64,000 nt of DNA. Source: Octopus vulgaris (lineage: Eukaryota). The stretch is taken from NCBI GenBank assembly GCA_951406725.2, contig OX597833.1, positions 54,622,001 through 54,686,000 of the forward strand. Reading direction: 5' to 3'. Under the pieces are notes generated by a model. That model was given only the letters and a program-made list of their open reading frames with translations, made no database searches and was not told the DNA's origin. The stretch's first letter is position 1. Every line of letters starts with the position of its first letter. Shown one piece after another: positions 57,818-64,000 of this stretch. Position numbers and translations under genes: made by a program.

Positions 57818-58683
57818 ATGTTTGTATGTCTGTGTGTTTGTGTTTGTCCCGCCAACATCACTTGACAACTGATGTTAGTGTGTTTATGTCCCCGTAACTT
57901 AGCGGTTTGGCAAAAGAGACCGATAGAATAAGTACTAGGCTTACAAAAAATTAGTCCTGGGGTCGATTTGCTCGACTAAAGCCAGTGCTTCAGCATGGCC
58001 ACAGTCAAATGACCGAAACCAGTAAAAATGTAACCCTTTGGAATTTAAGCCAATCATATCTGGCCCTAAGTGTTCTATGTTCAAACTGGTTATATCCAGC
58101 TTCTCATACCTACCCAACAATGTTATTCTGCAAATAAATAATCACATTATTGAAATCACAAAGCCACGAGATAATGCAAGATTAATTCGAAGCAATATGA
58201 ACAAATAAGTGTTATATTTGATAGAGTAATCTGAATATTAAAGAGTTTTAAGGCAAGTGAGTTGGCAGAGCAGTTAGCATGCCAGGAAAAATGATTAGCA
58301 GCATTTTGCCAATCCTTACATTCTGAGTTCAAATGCTACAGGTTTGATAAAATAAGTACCAGTTGATCTTTAGAGTCAATGTAACTGACTTTACTCTCCT
58401 CCATAATTGCTGTTCTTGGGCCAAAATTTGAAACCAATATTTTAATGCTTTGCTCTTTACTCTTTTATTCTTTTACTTGTTTCAGTCATTTGACTGTGGC
58501 CATGCTGGAGCACTGCCTTTAGTCGAGCAAATCGACCCCAGGACTTATTCTTCGTAAGCCTAGTACTTATTCTATCGGTCTGTTTTGCGGAACTGCTAAG
58601 TTACGGGGACGCAAATACACCAGCATTGGTTGTCAAGTGATGTTGGTGGGAACACAGACACAACAAACACACACACAAACACA

Positions 58684-58743
<60 letters not shown>

Positions 58744-58910
58744 TATATATATACAACGGGCTTCTTTCAGTTTCTTTCTACCAAATCCACTCACAAGGCT
58801 TTGGTCGGCCCGAGGCTATAGTAGAAGAAACTTGCCCAAGGTGCCACACAGTGGGACTGAACCCAGAACCATGTGGCTGGTAAGCAAGCTACTTACCACA
58901 CAGCCACCCC
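57529..58910. mobile_element. Oppositely oriented family B SINEs (+ 57529-58027; - 58453-58910) with MITE and family A remnants between
   Basis: Family motifs. Confidence 0.82.
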
Positions 58911-59316
58911 GCTTTAGCTAAGAATTTTTTTTTTTTTTTAAGTCAAAGCATTATACATGCAACACACCAAAAACACAATTAAAACTAGAAAGAAAATGAT
59001 ATCACTCAAACCTGGCCTACTTTAGTTTAAATGTTATTTCTAATACAGCAAAAAATTTTCTATAGCTAATACATATGCATTTCTCTATCTCACATAAACG
59101 GAACAAACTCTTCAATAAAAACAATATGCAAGTCAGCTATAGCTGCATTAAAAATTTTGTTACTTCAAAGAAGAAATTATTTAAGCACAAATCTGTCTGA
59201 ATCTCTATCCCTGTGTAATTATAATCTTACTACTTCTTGTCCTCTCAATGGAAAGTGCTTTGATATAGAACCAACTTACTGAGCTAAATTATATTCATTT
59301 CATGTATAGATATAGA

Positions 59317-59890
59317 CCCAGCAGGACTAGTGAGACCATAACCCGCAGCCTCTACCTGGGATGTGGCCAGTCGACTTGTGCATACCTTTCCTTCTTGGGA
59401 CACAAAACTCCACTTGTGAAGACACATTGAGGCAAGTGGAAATCGAAATCAAAATCAAAATCAAAATCAGATATCAGAAATCAGAACCAAAATCGAAGTC
59501 GATCAACATCAATGGGAATTGCAAACCATCAAATCGTGGCCGTTGCCAGCGCCGCCCCGACTGGCCTCCGTGCCGGTGGCACGTAAAAAGCACCATCCGA
59601 TCGTGGCCGTTGCCAGCTTCACCTGGCCCCAGTGCCGGTGGCACGTAAAAAGCACCATCCGTCCGTGTCCGTTTGCCAGCCCCATCTGGCACCTGTGTCG
59701 GTGGCACGTAAAAAGCACCCACTACACTCACGGAGTGGTTGGCGTTAGGAAGGGCATCCAGCTGTAGAAACACTGCCAGATCAGACTGGGCCTGGTGCAG
59801 CCTTCTGGCTTCACAGACCCCAGTCGAACCGTCCTACCCATGCTAGCATGGAAAGCAGACGCTAAATGATGATGATGATGATGATGATAT
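59317..59890 (+). mobile_element. Long family C element with internal ~63-bp tandem modules
   Basis: Three ggtggcacgtaaaaagcacc modules; (AAATCA)-type repeat; GAT tail. Confidence 0.85.
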
Positions 59891-60093
59891 TGACAACTGC
59901 TACATTGGACTTACAGCTCATTCAAAAACAAAAAAACAATGCATTTGATAACTATTTTCATTCCAACGTTAAGAAAATAAATACCAAAGCATTGTTTAAA
60001 TATATTTGTTATCTTAACCATTTTGCTATCATATTTCTGTTGAAACACATTCCCTTTCTTTTAATTAATCTTAGTAAAATGACTTTGTCAATA

Positions 60094-60852
60094 TTAACCC
60101 TTTATCATTCAAACCAGTCATATCTAGCCTAAATATTCTACCTGTTTTATGTTCAAGCCAGCCAGATCCAGCCTTTCATACCTAGCCTACAATATCCTTC
60201 TAAAAATAAGCATTTGCATCAGCAAAATCTCAAAACTACAGGATAATATATGATTAATTTGAAACAATACTTACTTACTTGTACTTGTGGCGACATTCAC
60301 CCTGGGCCGGTTGAGTCGGCTTCTTCTACCACCCTCGAGGCATCTCGAACCATGGCAGCCCACGCACAACGGTCCTGCACCAGTTCACTGGAGATAGCGA
60401 GCCAGTCACGGTTCCATTGGCGCAGGCCGACCACCTGCAGATCCGTGAGCACGGAGAGGTCCTCCTTGATTGTCATAGTGTCAGAGCTATGCCAGTGTCA
60501 GAGCTATGCCATCAGGAACTTTGGTTCCTGGTAGGGCCACCCAAGGCAGATTGGTCTGACACCGAGTGGTATTAGGGCCACAACCCGGCAGATGGGGCTC
60601 TGGTGAAAATCCTTGGAGTGTCTGTTTTGGCAACCGGCGGCTCCTCAGTCGTTCTGTCCCTGCGTCTGCGGACAATCTGCGGCAAACAGGATGTCTCTAC
60701 ATGCGGGATTGTTGGGGACCGCTTGTGAAATCCATATTCCCACGAAACTTCCTTCCATGAATTCTCAATGGAGAATACTTCTTTCCAATTTGAAACAATG
60801 TGAATAAATAAGCATTACATTGTACAGAATAATTTAAATGCTAACAAGTTAA
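60094..60852. mobile_element. Possible piggyBac-like MITE interrupted by an RTE derivative
   Basis: TTAA-CCC left end and degenerate right end ...gttaa; related copy at ~58030-58250. Confidence 0.4.
60269..60786. mobile_element. RTE derivative with an inverted 5' part
   Basis: 3' end on - strand (GLRQWNRDW...VQDRCAWAAMVRDA); 5' UTR on + strand; TSD aatttgaaacaat at 60256-60268 and 60787-60799. Confidence 0.75.
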
Positions 60853-61159
60853 ACCATAATCTGCAATATAGTTACCATGGAAATTTGATGAAAGATTTTA
60901 ATGTAAACCGCTTTAGCACACGAAGGTTATAGTACGAAACCATTGTCTCAAGCAGGTTGATAGCAAAAGTATTAAAGACAAGATCATCCAAAATATTAAA
61001 TTAAATTGATCAGTCATTGAAAACATTATTTCTACACAAGCAGATCTCACAGATGCTAATGATGCTTGACAAAAAGAATTTCATATCCTAAAAAGGGCTT
61101 TGAGTGAGGTCCGACTGAGAAGGGTTAAATTTCTTGGATTATCAAATTCATATACATAA

Positions 61160-61300
61160 TTCGGGAAAATTTTCAAAAATTTTTGAGGAAAATTTTCAAA
61201 AAATATTCCAAAAATTTTGGGGAAAAATTTTCAAAAATTTGAGGAAAATTTTCAAAAAATGTTTGAGGAAAATTTTCAAAAATTCTTCAATGAAGAAAAT
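61160..61300. repeat. ~21-bp tandem repeat gaggaaaattttcaaaaattt
   Basis: Directly visible. Confidence 0.75.
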
Positions 61301-61369
61301 TTCTTTTTTACAAAATCACATTTTACAAAACTAAAGAAGAAAACAAGTCATTTTATGAAAACATTCAAA

Positions 61370-62495
61370 GAGCACCATACAAGTGTGATCGTTGACAGAG
61401 CGGCTAACCGGCTTCCGTGCCAGTGGCACATAAAAGGGCACCATTCGAGTATGATCGTGACCAGCGTCACCTTACTGGCACTTGTGCATGTGCTAGTAGG
61501 GTGCTAATCCGAGCGTTATCGTTGCCAGAGCAGCCAACTGGCTTCTGTACCCTTGGCACGTAAAATGGCACCATTCGAGCATGATCGTTACCAACGTTGC
61601 TTCACTGGCACGTGTAAAAAAGATTCGAGCGAGGTCGTTGCCAGTACTGCCTGACTGGCACCCATGCTGGTATCACATAAAAAGCACCCACTACACTCTC
61701 GGAGTGGTTGGCGTTAGGAAGGGCATTCAGCTGTAGAAACTCTGCCAGATCAAGATTGCAGCCATCTGGTTCGCCAGCCCTCAGTTAAAATCGTCTAGCC
61801 CATGCTAACATGGAATCATCATCATCATCATCATCGTTTAACGTCCGTTTTCTGCGCTTGCACGGGTTGGACGGTTCGACCGGGGTCTGGGAAGCCAGGA
61901 GGCTGCACCAGGCTCCAGTCTGATCTGGCAGTGTTTCTACAGCTGGATGCCCTTCCTAACGCCAACCACTCCACGAGTGTAGTGGGTGCTTTTTACGTGC
62001 CACCGATACAGGTGCCAGGGGAGTCTGGCAGCGGCCACGATTGGTTGGTGCTTTTAACGTGCCACCGGCACGGAAGCCAGTCAAGGCGGCGCTGGCATCG
62101 GTCACATTCGGATGGTGCTTTTTATGTGCCACCGGCACAGAAGCCAGTCGAGGTGGTGCTGGCATCGGCCACATTCGGATGGTGCCTTTTATGTGCCACC
62201 GGCACAGGTATCACAACTACTATTTCCATTGATATTTATTTCGATGTTCATGTACTTGACTCAATAGGTCTCCTCATGCACAGTGGGTTGTTCTGAAATC
62301 CAAGGTACTTTGAATGGGCAGGGGCTATGTGGAACTGGTGCAGGAAGCAGCCCGGGTCTTTGCAGTCACAGCATATCTCCAGAGATCTCGGTCCTTCGTC
62401 ATTACCTCTGTGAGGCCCAACGCTCTGATCCCATGTCTTCCTGGGTCTACCTCTCCCCCTGATACCTTCAACTGTTTGGGAGCAGACATTAAATG
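61370..62495. mobile_element. Tail-to-tail pair of family C elements
   Basis: + copy ends near 61813; - copy starts at the (CAT)n at 61815. Confidence 0.8.
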
Positions 62496-62866
62496 ATGAT
62501 GATGATGATGATGATGATTCTACAAAAAAAAAGTATTTGTCTTTTCATTGTATTATTAGCCATGTAACTGTCTGAATTTTGAAGTGAAGACAACTTGAAT
62601 GATATGTTAAATAATTGATTGACTATCTCGTTTTCCACCACTTAGAATTTAACACGTACATGATACAGAAACAAGCTGTCCATTGATATGGAACTATTAA
62701 ATGTATTAGATATTAAATGTTTATACCATGTAATATCTTTTTATAGAATAACTATGATATCAACTAAAATAACATTTACTTATAACAATTTTTGCATCTG
62801 CTAAAAGAAACTTTTTTTATATTTGATCAGAAGGAAAGTCTAGATGCATTTTAGATATGCTCACAT

Positions 62867-63476
62867 TCTTTTACTCTTTTACTCTTTTACTTGTATCAGT
62901 CATTTGACTGCGGCCATGCTGGAGCACTGCCTTTAATCGAGCAACTCGACCCCGGGACTTGTTCTTTTGTAAGCCCAGTACTTATTCTATCGGTCTCTTT
63001 TGCCGAACCGCTAACTAACGGGGACATAAACACACCAGCATCGGTTGTCAAGCAATGCTAGGGGTACAAACACAGACACACAAACACACACACATATGCA
63101 GGTGGCACGTAAAAAGCACCCACTACACTCGCGGAGTGGTTGGCGTTAGGAAGGGCATCCAGCTGTAGAAACACTGCCAGATAAGACTGGAGCCTGGGGC
63201 AGCCCCTGGAGCCTGGGGTAGCCCCTGGCTCCCCAGATCCCGGTCGAACCGTCCAACCCGTGCTAGCGCGGAAAACGGACGTTAAACGATGATGATGATA
63301 TATATATACATATAAACGAAGGGCTTCTTTCAGTTTCCGTCTACCAAATCCACTCACAAGGCCTTGGTCGGCCCGAGGCTATAGTAGAAGACACTTGCCC
63401 AAGGTGCCACGCAGTGGGACTGAACCCAGAACCATGTGGTTGGTAAACAAGCTACTTACCACACAGCCACTTCTGC
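62867..63476 (-). mobile_element. Family B SINE with a family C element (63097-63299, +) in its internal microsatellite
   Basis: Family motifs. Confidence 0.85.
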
Positions 63477-63569
63477 ATGGCATTTTTAAAAAATATTTGC
63501 AGCAAAATAATCTTCAATTTTTATGTTCTAATGTCCTTTTTCTTTATTTCTTTCTAGGTTATTTTATAC

Positions 63570-64000
63570 CACAGTGGTTAAATCCACATCAATTTTTACG
63601 CTTTTAAAATGATTTTGGATCAGATACTGCATGTCGTACCAATTCAGAAATGGAAGTGGCAAGAAATGTTTGTGCTGTGTTTGGAAATGAAGCTTTAAGA
63701 ATCCAGATGTGCCAGACATCTGACCAATTTTCCTCAGGAAATTTTTCTTTTGCTGATTCCCTTCAATCTGGACAACCAAGTTCTGTTGATATCAAGCTTC
63801 TACAAACCATTGTTTTCAAAAAATTTAGAATGATTTTGAGGAAAATTTTGAAAGGCTTTTCGAAGGATTTTTGATGAAATTTTTTCTTCTCAATTTAGTC
63901 TGACACCTGACAAATTTTCCTTATCAAATTTTTCTTTTGATGATTCCCTTCAAACTGGACAACCAAGTTCTGTTGATATCAAGCTTCTCCAAACCATTGT
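63570..64000 (+). mobile_element. Mariner transposase N-terminal HTH remnant with a local duplication
   Basis: IRYCMSYQFRNG/VARNVCAVFGNEALRIQMCQ...FSSGNFSFADSLQSGQP resembles the mariner HTH and RSGRP motif; 63721-63820 is repeated at ~63901-64000. Confidence 0.75.

Noticed and set aside
59520-59720. CRISPR-like repeat-spacer pattern in family C
   Set aside because: The spacers are homologous to each other and lie inside a dispersed retroposon

Overview
AT-rich, repeat-saturated eukaryotic DNA. The SINE families, (TA)n/(CA)n/(GAT)n density and composition are consistent with an octopus-like cephalopod intergenic or intronic region (inference). No host protein-coding exon could be supported; nearly all listed ORFs are microsatellite or SINE artefacts. 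The window contains: (1) many copies of at least five tRNA-derived or RTE-tailed SINE families; (2) decayed RTE, CR1-like, R4/Dong-like and Penelope-like retroelement fragments; (3) a decayed Helitron with PIF1 motifs plus a short non-autonomous Helitron; (4) mariner remnants, one of which appears to have seeded a 1.1-kb minisatellite; (5) two copies of a MITE with 8-bp TSDs; (6) three long fold-back palindromes; (7) a compact NRF1/ETS/YY1 promoter-like island near 50.6-50.7 kb. The most notable signal is a set of minimal type-I hammerhead ribozyme motifs in non-coding repeats. These include a ~220-bp retrozyme-like tandem unit with a shared non-canonical CUGUWGA core, a tRNA-headed SINE ending in a hammerhead, and a Penelope 3' end with a compensatory U3-A8 core. 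All structures were folded by eye and no database was searched.
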